Positions 1 through 9,383 of a stretch of 64,000 bases of DNA are shown piece after piece. The translations under genes and the position numbers were made by a program. The stretch's first letter is position 1; the number at the start of each line of letters is the position of its first letter. This stretch comes from an uncultured Candidatus Saccharibacteria bacterium (GTDB taxonomy: Bacteria > Patescibacteriota > Minisyncoccia > UBA6257 > 2-01-FULL-56-20): NCBI GenBank assembly GCA_964361095.1, contig CAYHZA010000007.1:3010-67009 (forward strand). The letters run 5' to 3'. The notes under the pieces were generated by a model that was not told the DNA's origin, did no database searches, and saw only the letters and a list, made by a program, of their open reading frames with translations.

Positions 1-65
1 ATGTAGACGCCAATTGAACCGGGCGTTTTTTTGTTTTATACTGGTGCCAATGGAAAAATAAGATT

Positions 66-113
66 GGGCGCTTAGCTCTCCGCCAATTGGCGGAGGTAGA
101 ACGTTCCGTTCAT
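66..113 (+). pseudogene. Degenerate 5' half of a tRNA-Val, interrupted by palindrome ctccgccaattggcggag
   Basis: gggcgcttagctc...ggtagaacgttccgttca aligns to the first half of the tRNA at 133; 18-nt palindrome at 78-95 sits in the D-loop. Confidence 0.65.
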
Positions 114-132
114 TCACCCCGTTAGATTTTAT

Positions 133-207
133 GGGCGGCTAGCTCAGTGGTAGAGCGCTCCGTTCACATCGGAGAGGTCACAGGTTCGATCCCTGTGTCG
201 CCCACCA
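133..207 (+). tRNA. tRNA-Val (CAC)
   Basis: Cloverleaf with acceptor gggcggc/gtcgccc, anticodon arm ctccg-ttCACat-cggag, T-loop ggttcgatccc, encoded CCA. Confidence 0.95.
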
Positions 208-725
208 TGGATTTTCATAATACGGTAGATGAATATCTTGATCTTGTTGACGAAAACGATAACATCGTTGGAAAGAAGCGTCGTTCCGAAATTTATGCGG
301 AACATTTGACCAATTTTCGAGTAGTAAATGTTTTTATAATGAATTCTAAAGGCGAAATTTGGATACCTCGTCGGACTGCCAATAAAAGAATTTTTCCTTT
401 ATGCTTAGATATGAGTATGGGCGGTCATGTTGAGAGCGGTGAAACTTATGAAGATGCCTTGGGACGCGAGGCGCAAGAGGAGCTCAATATAGATATCAGC
501 CGCGTATCTCCCCGTTTTTTAGGGCACTTAACGCCACATAAAGATGGAGTTTCGGCGTATATGAAAGTATATGAGATAAAAATGGATGCGGCGCCTGATT
601 ATAATAAAAATGATTTTGCGGAATATTTTTGGTTTACTCCGAGGACTGTGCTTGAGCACATAGAACAAGGCGATCAGGCGAAAGAAGATTTACCGAAGTT
701 AATAAAAATTTTCTATGGCAATTAA
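207..725 (+). CDS. NUDIX hydrolase (Idi-like)
   Basis: Nudix box GGHVESGETYEDALGREAQEELNI; start moved to ATG 207 because the ORF-track start lies inside the tRNA. Confidence 0.85.
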   Translation: MDFHNTVDEYLDLVDENDNIVGKKRRSEIYAEHLTNFRVVNVFIMNSKGEIWIPRRTANKRIFPLCLDMSMGGHVESGETYEDALGREAQEELNIDISRVSPRFLGHLTPHKDGVSAYMKVYEIKMDAAPDYNKNDFAEYFWFTPRTVLEHIEQGDQAKEDLPKLIKIFYGN

Positions 726-1077
726 CTTACTCAGCAAGAAATGCGTCCCCTGCGAAGGGGGAGTTCCTGCGCTAACCGAAGCGGAGGCGGTGAATTTCCT
801 CGAAGAGCTTTCGGATACATGGAAACTTGAAGGCAACAAGATCGCAGCGGATTTTAAATTCAAGGATTTCAAAGAAGCGATGCGATTCATAAACAACGTC
901 GCCGTCCTTGCCGAAAAAGAGGGGCATCATCCGGATATCACCGTGAATTACAGTAAGGTTCACCTTGTGTTGTGGACACACGCGATAGGCGGACTTTCGG
1001 ACAATGATTTTATTTTGGCGGCAAAAATTGATGAGGTATTTAAGAGTGGGGAATTCGAGCTTTACCCCCACACCTAA
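715..1077 (+). CDS. phhB: Pterin-4-alpha-carbinolamine dehydratase
   Basis: CVPCEGG N-terminus, EGHHPDI, WTHAIGGLSDNDFILAAKID. Confidence 0.9.
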   Translation: MAINLLSKKCVPCEGGVPALTEAEAVNFLEELSDTWKLEGNKIAADFKFKDFKEAMRFINNVAVLAEKEGHHPDITVNYSKVHLVLWTHAIGGLSDNDFILAAKIDEVFKSGEFELYPHT

Positions 1078-1197
1078 TCGAGATTGCGGAGCGAGCATTT
1101 TGCGCTGTTTTTCTTTCGGGCGTCTATTTGCGTACTTATTTTTTGATGTGTGGGAATGGCTCCGAGAGAAATATTTATCTCGTTTAGGTGTGGGGGT
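1064..1197. repeat. MITE-like element with 20-bp terminal inverted repeats
   Basis: acccccacacctaatcgaga (1064-1083) vs tctcgtttaggtgtgggggt (1178-1197), 1 mismatch. Confidence 0.7.
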
Positions 1198-1323
1198 GAA
1201 TAACTTGTTGATATCTCCGTACCTTATTCGTAAAAAATATAAGTAAATAAAGGATTTTTCTCTCGCCCCGCTATCGCGGGGTTTGTTTTTGACGAAACAT
1301 CAAAGTGGCTTAGTATTAATGAG

Positions 1324-1360
1324 AAGTGGGGAATTGTGGATAACTTTGGGGACAAAGTGC
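1324..1360 (+). promoter_or_regulatory. Probable MraZ operator (TGGG-type direct repeats, 10-nt period)
   Basis: tgggg 1327, tggat 1337, tgggg 1347 directly upstream of mraZ; MraZ is known to bind such repeats. Confidence 0.6.
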
Positions 1361-1389
1361 CACTTCTGTGCAGAACTTTTTTATTTACC

Positions 1390-1821
1390 ATGCTATTAGG
1401 CGAATATTCACACAATTTAGATATAAAAGGTCGAGTAGCGATTCCGGCGAAGTTCCGCGATAAAATCGGTGTCGGCGCTATTATCACACGCGGATTGGAT
1501 AACTGTTTATTTGTGTTTGCGAATAAAGAGTGGGAAGTGTTGGCGCAAAAACTCGTCGGGCTTCCGCTTGCGCAAGCGGATTCACGGGCATTTGCTCGGC
1601 TGATGCTCTCGGGCGCTATGGATGTTGATCTTGACGCGCAGGGAAGGATCTTGGTTCCCGACTATCTTAGAAAGTACGCTGATTTGAAAAAACAGGTAAT
1701 TGTTGCCGGCGTTTATAACAGAATCGAGATATGGGACGCGGAACGATGGGAACGATACAAGCAGAAGACGGAGAGCGCCGCGGATGAGATCGCGGAAAAA
1801 TTGGGGGAGCTCGGCATATAG
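1390..1821 (+). CDS. mraZ: Division/cell wall cluster repressor MraZ
   Basis: MLLGEYSHNLDIKGRVAIPAKFR and DAQGRILVP (two AbrB-like repeats). Confidence 0.95.
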   Translation: MLLGEYSHNLDIKGRVAIPAKFRDKIGVGAIITRGLDNCLFVFANKEWEVLAQKLVGLPLAQADSRAFARLMLSGAMDVDLDAQGRILVPDYLRKYADLKKQVIVAGVYNRIEIWDAERWERYKQKTESAADEIAEKLGELGI

Positions 1822-1890
1822 CGAATGGCATATCGCTTAAAGCTAATGATTATAAATTTCGCATACTACTTGCTATAAGCTATACGCCCT

Positions 1891-2790
1891 ATGTCGCATA
1901 CACCCGTTCTTTTACATGAGGTTATCGAATATCTGGATCCGAAGCCGGGGAAGTTCATAATCGACGGAACGATGGACGGCGGCGGCCATGCGCGGGCGAT
2001 CGTGGAGAAACTTGGGAGTAAAGGAACATTTCTCGGGATCGACTGGGATTTGCGGATGGTCGAAAACGCGGAGAAAAAAATCGGTAAAAAGAAGAATGTT
2101 TTTTTCGCGCAGGCGAATTATGCGGATATTCCGGAAGTCCTCAAGAAAAAAAATCTTCCCAAGGCAGACGGATTATTTCTCGATCTTGGATTTTCTTCGG
2201 AACAATTGGAAAATTCGGGGCGAGGATTCAGTTTCGAAAAAGATGAGCCGCTCGTGATGACCTACGACGACCGGCGCACTCCTTTGTTCGAACTTCTGCG
2301 CGGAATGAAGGAACAGGAACTTACGAAGATCCTTTACGACTTTGGTGGCGAACGATTCGCGAGGCGGATAGCAAGAGCTATCGTGGTGCGTGAGAGATCG
2401 AAACGGATCGAGACGACGCAAGAACTGGTAGAAGTGATCCGCGGAACGGTGCCGGGAAATTACGCGATGCGGAGATTGAATCCCGCGACGCGAACATTTC
2501 AAGCGTTGCGCATCTATGCGAACGACGAATTGGGTAATCTGGAAAAAGCCCTTCAGACGTTACCGGAGATGCTCAAAAAAGACGGGAGAGCCGTGATCAT
2601 CAGCTTCCATTCGCTCGAAGACCGTTTAGTAAAAAATTACTTCAGAACATTTTCAAAAGAAGGTACGGTAAAGCTTCTTACCAAGAAACCCGTTGTCGCT
2701 TCTCGGAACGAACAAGAAACAAATCCGCGAAGCCGCTCGGCAAAGCTAAGGGCTTGCTCTATGATTTCAAGTTTTGCGCAGAAATTATAG
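1891..2790 (+). CDS. rsmH: 16S rRNA m4C1402 methyltransferase
   Basis: HTPVLLHE, DGTMDGGGH, ATRTFQALRI, ISFHSLEDR, NPRSRSAKLR. Confidence 0.95.
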   Translation: MSHTPVLLHEVIEYLDPKPGKFIIDGTMDGGGHARAIVEKLGSKGTFLGIDWDLRMVENAEKKIGKKKNVFFAQANYADIPEVLKKKNLPKADGLFLDLGFSSEQLENSGRGFSFEKDEPLVMTYDDRRTPLFELLRGMKEQELTKILYDFGGERFARRIARAIVVRERSKRIETTQELVEVIRGTVPGNYAMRRLNPATRTFQALRIYANDELGNLEKALQTLPEMLKKDGRAVIISFHSLEDRLVKNYFRTFSKEGTVKLLTKKPVVASRNEQETNPRSRSAKLRACSMISSFAQKL

Positions 2791-2961
2791 TGAGCAAACC
2801 TTACCGAGCACATAATCTTATAAATTACCAAGCCATGTTTAATAATAAAAATAGAATTCAACTTGATACTTTTTCGTGCGGAGTATTATGTGCTCGGTGC
2901 TCATTATTGTGGCTAAATTTTCTTCGCCACAAGTGGGCTCGAAAATTGAGACAATAATGGC

Positions 2962-3276
2962 ATGACGATGCTACAACCCAACAAAGAAAAACGTTTTATC
3001 GGAATATATATCGCGCTATTTCTCACGCCGCTTTTGAGCGGCGCGTTGTGGCTCGTGTTTCTTTATAATCAAACGGTGAATCTCCAGCACGCGCTCGAGA
3101 AGACACAGGCCGATTTCCTTGCTCTTCAGACGGGAAACGCGGAGCTCCGAGACGAGTTTTTCACACTTTTTGACGGGAAAAACCTAGAGATTTTTGCGAA
3201 AGAGCGGGAATTACGGGAAGAAAAGAACCCTCGTTATTTGGAAATTAAAGGACCATGGGCACTCGTTTCACGGTAA
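2962..3276 (+). CDS. FtsL-like bitopic coiled-coil protein
   Basis: One TM helix plus coiled coil, located between rsmH and the PBP gene. Confidence 0.55.
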   Translation: MTMLQPNKEKRFIGIYIALFLTPLLSGALWLVFLYNQTVNLQHALEKTQADFLALQTGNAELRDEFFTLFDGKNLEIFAKERELREEKNPRYLEIKGPWALVSR

Positions 3277-4916
3277 TTCTCGGGTTTATTCTTGTTGCGT
3301 ATTCTTTTTTGCTTTTTCATCTTTACGAAGTTCAGTTTTCCCAAGGAGAATATTATCAAGCAAAAGCGGCTTCCCAGGAGTTTGCTTCAAGTTTATTAAG
3401 GGTGAAGCGCGGCGTTATTTATTTTACAAATAAGAACAACGAGCGTATCCCGGTCGGTATTTCAAAGGATTTTCCGGTCATTTATGCCGTGCCGAAGGAT
3501 GTGAAAGATGTAAAGGCGGTCGCGCTTCTTCTCGCTTCTAAGTTGGATATTCCCGTCGAAGAAATAGAGAAAAAACTCTCTAAAGAAAAAGATCCCTATG
3601 AACTGATCGGAGACAGGATTTCTTCCGAGGTTGCACGATCCATTGATAATCTCAAAATGAAGGGAATTTATGTGACGACGGAACCGAGGCGTTTTTATCC
3701 CTTTGGGACTCGGGCGGCGCATCTTTTGGGGTACGTGGGACCGGCGCCCCAAGGGACGGGTACGGAAGGTCACTATGGTATCGAAGGATTATATAACGAC
3801 TATCTCGCAGGAATTTCCGGAGCTTTGGAAAATAAGAAAATCACCCAACCCGTTCCGGGGAAAGATCTGACGCTTACGCTCGATTCCAATATCCAAAATG
3901 AAGCGGAGAGAATTTTGGAAAACCTGGTGGCTAAACACAAAGCAGAGGGCGGAGATATTATCGTCGAAGATCCCCAGACCGGAAAGATTCTCGCGATGGC
4001 GAGCCGTCCGGGTTTTGATCCGAACAACTACCGTGAAGCAAAGATCGGAAACTTTTTAAATCCCACCATTCAGGAGATATACGAACCCGGTTCTATTTTT
4101 AAAGTGATCACGATGGCCGCCGGAATCGATTCGGGGAAGATCGCGCCGGATACGACGTACGTTGATACCGGAACGCTTACGTTAAACGGGCGTACAATAG
4201 AAAATTACGATTTAAAAACAAAGGGGCCCTACGGCAAGGTAACGATGGCGAATGTTATTGAGCATTCCATAAACACGGGCGCCGTGTTTGCGCAGAGGAC
4301 GATCGGGCGTGATATTTTTAAACAATATGTCGAGCGCTTCGGATTCGGCGAAAAAACGGGCATTGATCTTTTAGGAGAGTTAAAGGGTAATATCCGCCGT
4401 TTGAGTTCGAAGGAAAAAGATATCGCTTTCGCGACGGCGTCATACGGCCAAGGCGTGGCGACGACTCCACTTGAAGTTATCAACGCCATCGCGGCTCTCG
4501 CGAACGGAGGAAAACTGATGCGCCCGTATGTGAACGCGGAACTCGCGCCGCAAGTTATAAGAACCGTGGTTACAAAAACAACCGCAGGCAAAGTTACTGA
4601 TATGATGATCTCCGCGGTTGATAAGGCGGAAATTGCAAAAATTAAAAGCTATACGATCGCGGGAAAAACCGGAACGGCCTATATCCCTGATTTCAAAAAA
4701 GGAGGATACACCGATGACGTTATCAATACCTACGTCGGATTCGGTCCTACAAAGAATTCACGGTTTGTCATTTTGGTAAAACTCGATAAACCCGAGGGTG
4801 CCCCCGTCGCCTCCTTAACCGTGGTGCCGGCGTTTCGGGACCTCGCGCAATTCATTTTAAACTACTATAATATTCCTCCCGATCGCCTTGACGCGGAACA
4901 GGGCGAGCCGCTATAG
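3255..4916 (+). CDS. ftsI: Class B penicillin-binding protein (FtsI-like)
   Basis: N-terminal TM, SxxK (EPGSIFK), SxN (HSIN), KTG. Confidence 0.85.
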   Translation: MGTRFTVILGFILVAYSFLLFHLYEVQFSQGEYYQAKAASQEFASSLLRVKRGVIYFTNKNNERIPVGISKDFPVIYAVPKDVKDVKAVALLLASKLDIPVEEIEKKLSKEKDPYELIGDRISSEVARSIDNLKMKGIYVTTEPRRFYPFGTRAAHLLGYVGPAPQGTGTEGHYGIEGLYNDYLAGISGALENKKITQPVPGKDLTLTLDSNIQNEAERILENLVAKHKAEGGDIIVEDPQTGKILAMASRPGFDPNNYREAKIGNFLNPTIQEIYEPGSIFKVITMAAGIDSGKIAPDTTYVDTGTLTLNGRTIENYDLKTKGPYGKVTMANVIEHSINTGAVFAQRTIGRDIFKQYVERFGFGEKTGIDLLGELKGNIRRLSSKEKDIAFATASYGQGVATTPLEVINAIAALANGGKLMRPYVNAELAPQVIRTVVTKTTAGKVTDMMISAVDKAEIAKIKSYTIAGKTGTAYIPDFKKGGYTDDVINTYVGFGPTKNSRFVILVKLDKPEGAPVASLTVVPAFRDLAQFILNYYNIPPDRLDAEQGEPL

Positions 4917-4917
4917 A

Positions 4918-6150
4918 ATGAAAGATTTTTTTATCACCATCCTCGCGTGGAAGATTAAAAAGCTCGCCCAGCTTACGATTTGGCGTTATCGGCCGGGCAT
5001 CGTCGGCGTGACGGGGAGTGTCGGCAAAACTTCGACGAAGATGGCGATTGCCGCCGTGCTCGGAGCCGAGCGGAGAGTGCGCTTTTCGAAGGGAAATTTT
5101 AACAACGAGCTCGGGCTTCCGCTTACGATTCTCGGGGATTGGGACGATATTAAGGGAGTCTTTTTTTGGCCGAAGGTTATCTGCGTCGCTATCACGAACC
5201 TTATCGTAAAAAGGGAGTATCCGGAGATTCTTATTTTGGAATACGCCATACAGCGTCCGGGGGATATGAAGTATCTTTTGGGTATCGCCCGACCGAACAT
5301 TAGCGTGATTACCGCGATCGGGGAGATTCCCGCTCATGTTGAATTTTTCGGAAGTCCGGAGGAGGTGGCGCGGGAGAAGGGGAGATTAATCGAGTATTTG
5401 CCGAGCACGGGATTTGCGGTCTTGAACCGAGATGACGCAACCGTAACGGCGATCCAGAGCAAAACACGCGCGCATCTTATGACGTTTGGATTTTCACGCG
5501 AGGCGGAGGTTCGCATCACGAATTTCGAAAATCGTTCCCATGACGACTGTCCGCTTGGCATTGGATTTAAACTCCAATACGCCGGCAGTTTTGTGCCGGT
5601 AACATTGAACGGTGTTTTCGGAAAAGCGCAGGCGTATTCCGCGGCCGCCGCGGCCGCGGTTGGATTAATTTTCGGATTGAATCTCGTGAAGATCTCCGAA
5701 GCCCTGAAGAGTTATCGCGTGACGGGTGGAAGGATGGAGCTGGTCCCGGGCGTTAAATACACCTACATTATAAACGACAGTTACAACGCCAGCCCGCTTT
5801 CTATGCACGCGGCGTTGGATACGTTAAAGAGTCTGCCGGCAAAGCGTCGCATCGCGGTTTTGGGCGATATGTTGGAGATAGGTGCTTATAGTTTGGAGGC
5901 GCATCAGTTCATCGGCGAGGTTGCCGCGGATATCGTTGATATATTGGTAACGGTTGGTTCTCGGGCGAAATTTATCGCCGAGGGCGCGAAGGAAAAAGGC
6001 ATGGCGAAGAAAAATATCCTTACGTTTGATCTTGCCGAGGAGGCGCAGAGGCCGCTTCAGGCGCTTATCAAGAAAGGGGATATTATTTTGATCAAAGGCT
6101 CCCGCGCGATGGAACTCGAGAAGGTGGTGGAGGAGATACGGGCGTTTTAG
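4918..6150 (+). CDS. murF: UDP-MurNAc-tripeptide--D-Ala-D-Ala ligase
   Basis: GVTGSVGKTSTK, NFNNELGLPLT, NDSYNASP, LGDMLEIG, KGSRAM. Confidence 0.9.
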   Translation: MKDFFITILAWKIKKLAQLTIWRYRPGIVGVTGSVGKTSTKMAIAAVLGAERRVRFSKGNFNNELGLPLTILGDWDDIKGVFFWPKVICVAITNLIVKREYPEILILEYAIQRPGDMKYLLGIARPNISVITAIGEIPAHVEFFGSPEEVAREKGRLIEYLPSTGFAVLNRDDATVTAIQSKTRAHLMTFGFSREAEVRITNFENRSHDDCPLGIGFKLQYAGSFVPVTLNGVFGKAQAYSAAAAAAVGLIFGLNLVKISEALKSYRVTGGRMELVPGVKYTYIINDSYNASPLSMHAALDTLKSLPAKRRIAVLGDMLEIGAYSLEAHQFIGEVAADIVDILVTVGSRAKFIAEGAKEKGMAKKNILTFDLAEEAQRPLQALIKKGDIILIKGSRAMELEKVVEEIRAF

Positions 6151-6373
6151 GATAGGGGATAGTAATTAGGTAGTAATAGATTTCGGGTTCGGGGTGCTCG
6201 AGTAAGGAGTTTTCTTTGCAAAGAAGACTCTCTTGTTATATAAAGAAAGTAGCAACATATCTCTCGCGTGAGAGATATTGAAATCATAGCTGATGCCGAA
6301 TGGCTAAGCGATTGAGCGAAATGCTATTTTTTCCATTGCCGATGCGCGGAGCGCTAGGCGATTGGAGGATGTG

Positions 6374-6988
6374 ATGGCAAGTAAGGAAAAGCTCACTGTC
6401 GAGAAGTTCGAGGAGATCACGCGGCGGCAGATTTTGGTGCGTGCCGCATTCTGGGAGCGTCTTCCTGGGGAATCGGGGAAAGTGAGTCGGATTTCCTTTC
6501 CCAATGGTCAGCTTCACGCCCAGATGCGAATGTTCTCCTTTCATCGTGACGAAGACGGCAACGAATCTTTGCTCGATGTGGCGTATTTCTACGAAGAGCC
6601 AAACAGGAGTTACGACGTTGCGGACGGAGTTTCGGTGACCGATATGTGGGAATGCAACGAGGTCATCGGCCGCGAGCGCATCCGGTTGCTTCTTCAAACA
6701 TGGGAAGGCATCGAACCGTGGCGAGTTTCTCCGAAGCCGGTGGTTGCCATCCGTGGGTGGGGAGGGAAATCGTACGAAGAAATCTCTCCCAGCGAGCCGC
6801 ACTTGCTTCAACAGTACGCGCGGCTCCACACTCGCATTGCCGCGATCCTCGCGCGGACGATAAAGGAGCCACACAACCACCAGTACTTCCTCTGCAACGT
6901 GTACTATCGGCTCGGCGCCTTTATCGAAGAGCAGAATCGGTTCCTCGAGCAAGCGCTTGGCCTTGCGGTGCGTACACCTCGCGCCTAA
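6374..6988 (+). CDS. Hypothetical protein
   Basis: GGAGG SD before ATG 6374; followed by a hairpin plus T-tract. Confidence 0.6.
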   Translation: MASKEKLTVEKFEEITRRQILVRAAFWERLPGESGKVSRISFPNGQLHAQMRMFSFHRDEDGNESLLDVAYFYEEPNRSYDVADGVSVTDMWECNEVIGRERIRLLLQTWEGIEPWRVSPKPVVAIRGWGGKSYEEISPSEPHLLQQYARLHTRIAAILARTIKEPHNHQYFLCNVYYRLGAFIEEQNRFLEQALGLAVRTPRA

Positions 6989-6998
6989 AAACATCTGC

Positions 6999-7032
6999 GG
7001 CTCGTCCCTCGTTTGGGGCGAGCCATTTTTTT
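6999..7032 (+). terminator. Intrinsic terminator
   Basis: ggctcgtccc...gggcgagcc followed by a T run. Confidence 0.6.
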
Positions 7033-7076
7033 GTCTATTCACAATATTCCCAAAAGAAGGTACTCTTTTTCTTGCA

Positions 7077-7227
7077 GGCCCCATCGTCCCCGCCTGACGG
7101 CCGGCAGGTAGTGGCCTAGCCCCGACTTTCTATTAGGTATATAGAAATGTTGAAAGTCGGGATCGTGCCAACTGTAACCGCTCGCCTTTGGCTCGCGGAC
7201 AGTTGCGGGGAGACACCGCCTTTTTCG
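7077..7227 (+). pseudogene. Relic 5' half of a tRNA-Glu broken by several palindromic inserts
   Basis: ggccccatcgtc[7089-7108]tagtggcctag[7120-7211]gacaccgcctttttcg reassembles to a tRNA-Glu-like 5' half. Confidence 0.6.
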
Positions 7228-7233
7228 TTTAAT

Positions 7234-7305
7234 GCCGCCATCGTCTAGTGGTTAGGACACTAGGTTCTCAGCCTGGTAACCGGGGTTCGACTCCCCGTGG
7301 CGGTA
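7234..7305 (+). tRNA. tRNA-Glu (CTC)
   Basis: Acceptor gccgcca/tggcggt, anticodon loop ttCTCag, ggttcgactcc; CCA not encoded. Confidence 0.93.
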
Positions 7306-7330
7306 CAAGAAAGACTCACATCATACATCA

Positions 7331-7924
7331 ATGCCTCTGGATAATTTAAGTTGGTGGTTGAATATAATACTTAATTTGTTGGGATATTTTGTTTTTCGGT
7401 TTGGGATGATAAGTAGAGGGCGTGCAAGAATTTTAGTAGAATTTGTTGGCGGAGTTGTGCTTGCCACTTCCTTTATATTGATGTTTGCTTTCTTTGGAGT
7501 TGTGAATGTATTGATACTGATACCTATATTTTGGTTCGTAGCAACTCCTATAGTAGAAGTTATAATAGGGAAAATCTATAAAGCCCTTTATAGGAAATCG
7601 GATGAACGAATGTCACGTAAGTTCAATGTCTCGGCTGATAAAATTAGAAAGGAGGTTTACGAATATATGGATATGAATGAGGATGTGTTTATTAAAAAAA
7701 TTGTCGATGATATGAAGATCGGCCAGGGAATCAATAAAGAAAAATTAAGAGGATTCATGAGAAAAACTAAAGAGGATGAGGAGGTTAAGGGGATGGATAA
7801 TACTACAAAAGAACATTTACAACAGCTTTTTGTAACTGCCCTCCATGAAGCAGCTGATGAGCTTCGTGAGGAAGATCTTGAAAAACTTTGGGAACGCTCG
7901 AAAAAAAACATTGAGGAAAAATAG
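7331..7924 (+). CDS. Hypothetical membrane protein
   Basis: Three N-terminal hydrophobic segments; AT-rich; directly after a tRNA. Confidence 0.65.
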   Translation: MPLDNLSWWLNIILNLLGYFVFRFGMISRGRARILVEFVGGVVLATSFILMFAFFGVVNVLILIPIFWFVATPIVEVIIGKIYKALYRKSDERMSRKFNVSADKIRKEVYEYMDMNEDVFIKKIVDDMKIGQGINKEKLRGFMRKTKEDEEVKGMDNTTKEHLQQLFVTALHEAADELREEDLEKLWERSKKNIEEK

Positions 7925-7972
7925 CAAGTAGTAGGGTTGGATAAAAAATAATACAGTTATCTTGTCTAATCT

Positions 7973-8254
7973 ATGAAAAGAATTAACCCGAAACGTATTA
8001 TCATTGGAACTCTCGTTGGGGGCGGCTTATTCTTCGTTTCTGTATTCGGATTATGGAACTGGCTAATAAACCCCGATTTTCCATATTTATGGACTTCGGA
8101 CGAGATACGATGCACCCAAGAGACATCCAAACAGTCATTCGCAAACCATGAGCAACTCCAGCTTTTCTTTGAGAACTGCTTATTGCAAAAGAACGGAGAA
8201 GCGGGTGAAGAAATTTATATACCCCCTGACGTAGTGGTAGAAGAAACAGGATAG
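7973..8254 (+). CDS. Hypothetical protein with N-terminal TM anchor
   Basis: ORF track; hydrophobic N-terminus. Confidence 0.55.
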   Translation: MKRINPKRIIIGTLVGGGLFFVSVFGLWNWLINPDFPYLWTSDEIRCTQETSKQSFANHEQLQLFFENCLLQKNGEAGEEIYIPPDVVVEETG

Positions 8255-8356
8255 GATTGATTTTTATATCTTTTTCTGATATTTTTCATATATGCTTTTT
8301 ATTGCCCCTAGGACGAGACAAAGAAGATAACCCGCATCGAGCGGGTATTTTCCCTT

Positions 8357-8430
8357 GCCCTCGTAGCTCAACTGGATGGAGCAAGACGCTTCTATCGTCA
8401 AGGTTGGAGGTTCAAATCCTCCCGAGGGCG
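8357..8430 (+). tRNA. tRNA-Arg (TCT)
   Basis: Acceptor gccctcg/cgagggc, anticodon loop ctTCTat, ggttcaaatcc; top pair of the anticodon stem is mismatched. Confidence 0.85.
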
Positions 8431-8491
8431 CAATCCCGCATAATCGCAAGGCGATATGTGCTGGGCAATTCCCCTTGGGGCTACGGTTTAC

Positions 8492-8519
8492 ACAAAAATC
8501 GCCAATTGGCGATTTTTGT
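8492..8519. terminator. 28-bp perfect palindrome, probable bidirectional terminator
   Basis: acaaaaatcgccaattggcgatttttgt. Confidence 0.6.
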
Positions 8520-8804
8520 TTTGTAATACCGCAGTCCCGATGGAGCTTGCGACGAGGGGCTACGAAATAAAACAATACCTTTATTTGAGGGTATTGTTTT
8601 ATTTCTGTAATTCTAAAGCGGGGAATTGAACAAGCGGAGGGGGTCGGGGAACCACGATTGGTTTCCCGTGTAGGAGATTATTCAGAACCGAGGGTTCTGA
8701 AAGAGTCCTGAGCGAAGTCAAAGGACGACGTGAGCTTCCCCGTCTAAGTACTTGAAAAATATAGCTTAATTCGTATAGTAACATATGTTACTATACAACC
8801 AAAG

Positions 8805-9047
8805 GTGATGGAGGGATTTTTTTGGATTATTTCAGGTTCAATTCTCAGTGCAATTTTTATGCCTCAAGGCGGCTATTTCCCTTGGCGTACCAAACACCGC
8901 TTTATAGTAGTAATAGTTTTTGTTCTATTTATTATAGGATACTATAAACTTGCCCAGATTGGTTTTTGGGTGTTTATTGTGGGGATTATTTTATTTATTC
9001 CTATACTAGTATTGACCGCTCTTGTTGTCGGATTTTTGCGAGAGTGA
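8805..9047 (+). CDS. Small hypothetical membrane protein
   Basis: Three hydrophobic segments. Confidence 0.55.
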   Translation: MMEGFFWIISGSILSAIFMPQGGYFPWRTKHRFIVVIVFVLFIIGYYKLAQIGFWVFIVGIILFIPILVLTALVVGFLRE

Positions 9048-9065
9048 TAATTGGTTTCCAAAGAC

Positions 9066-9383
9066 ATGGATAGAATCAAAAGAATTGCTAAGCTTTTTGG
9101 GATAACCGAGGAGGCCGTAAGGCGCGGTATGGGATTGTTGGGAGAAATACGGTACGATCCTATACGACCTCAAAAAAGCGAGACGGAAAAATCTGCAATG
9201 TGTAGAATTTCGAGGCCGTTTGGTCTTTACGATGGTCTTACTAAGGAGGACAAAGAAAAAGTTCTTGACTACATGATTACCGAAACGCTTTCGGATGGCA
9301 CAAGGATTCAATCCTACAGAAGCGCAGTGAAGCGTCTCAAATTTGCCAAGTGGTTTGATAATCAAATGAAAAGCCACGATTAG
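9066..9383 (+). CDS. Hypothetical protein
   Basis: ORF track; probable ATG at 9066. Confidence 0.5.
   Translation: MDRIKRIAKLFGITEEAVRRGMGLLGEIRYDPIRPQKSETEKSAMCRISRPFGLYDGLTKEDKEKVLDYMITETLSDGTRIQSYRSAVKRLKFAKWFDNQMKSHD

Noticed and set aside
147-206. N-terminal extension of the NUDIX ORF
   Set aside because: It is a translation of tRNA-Val.
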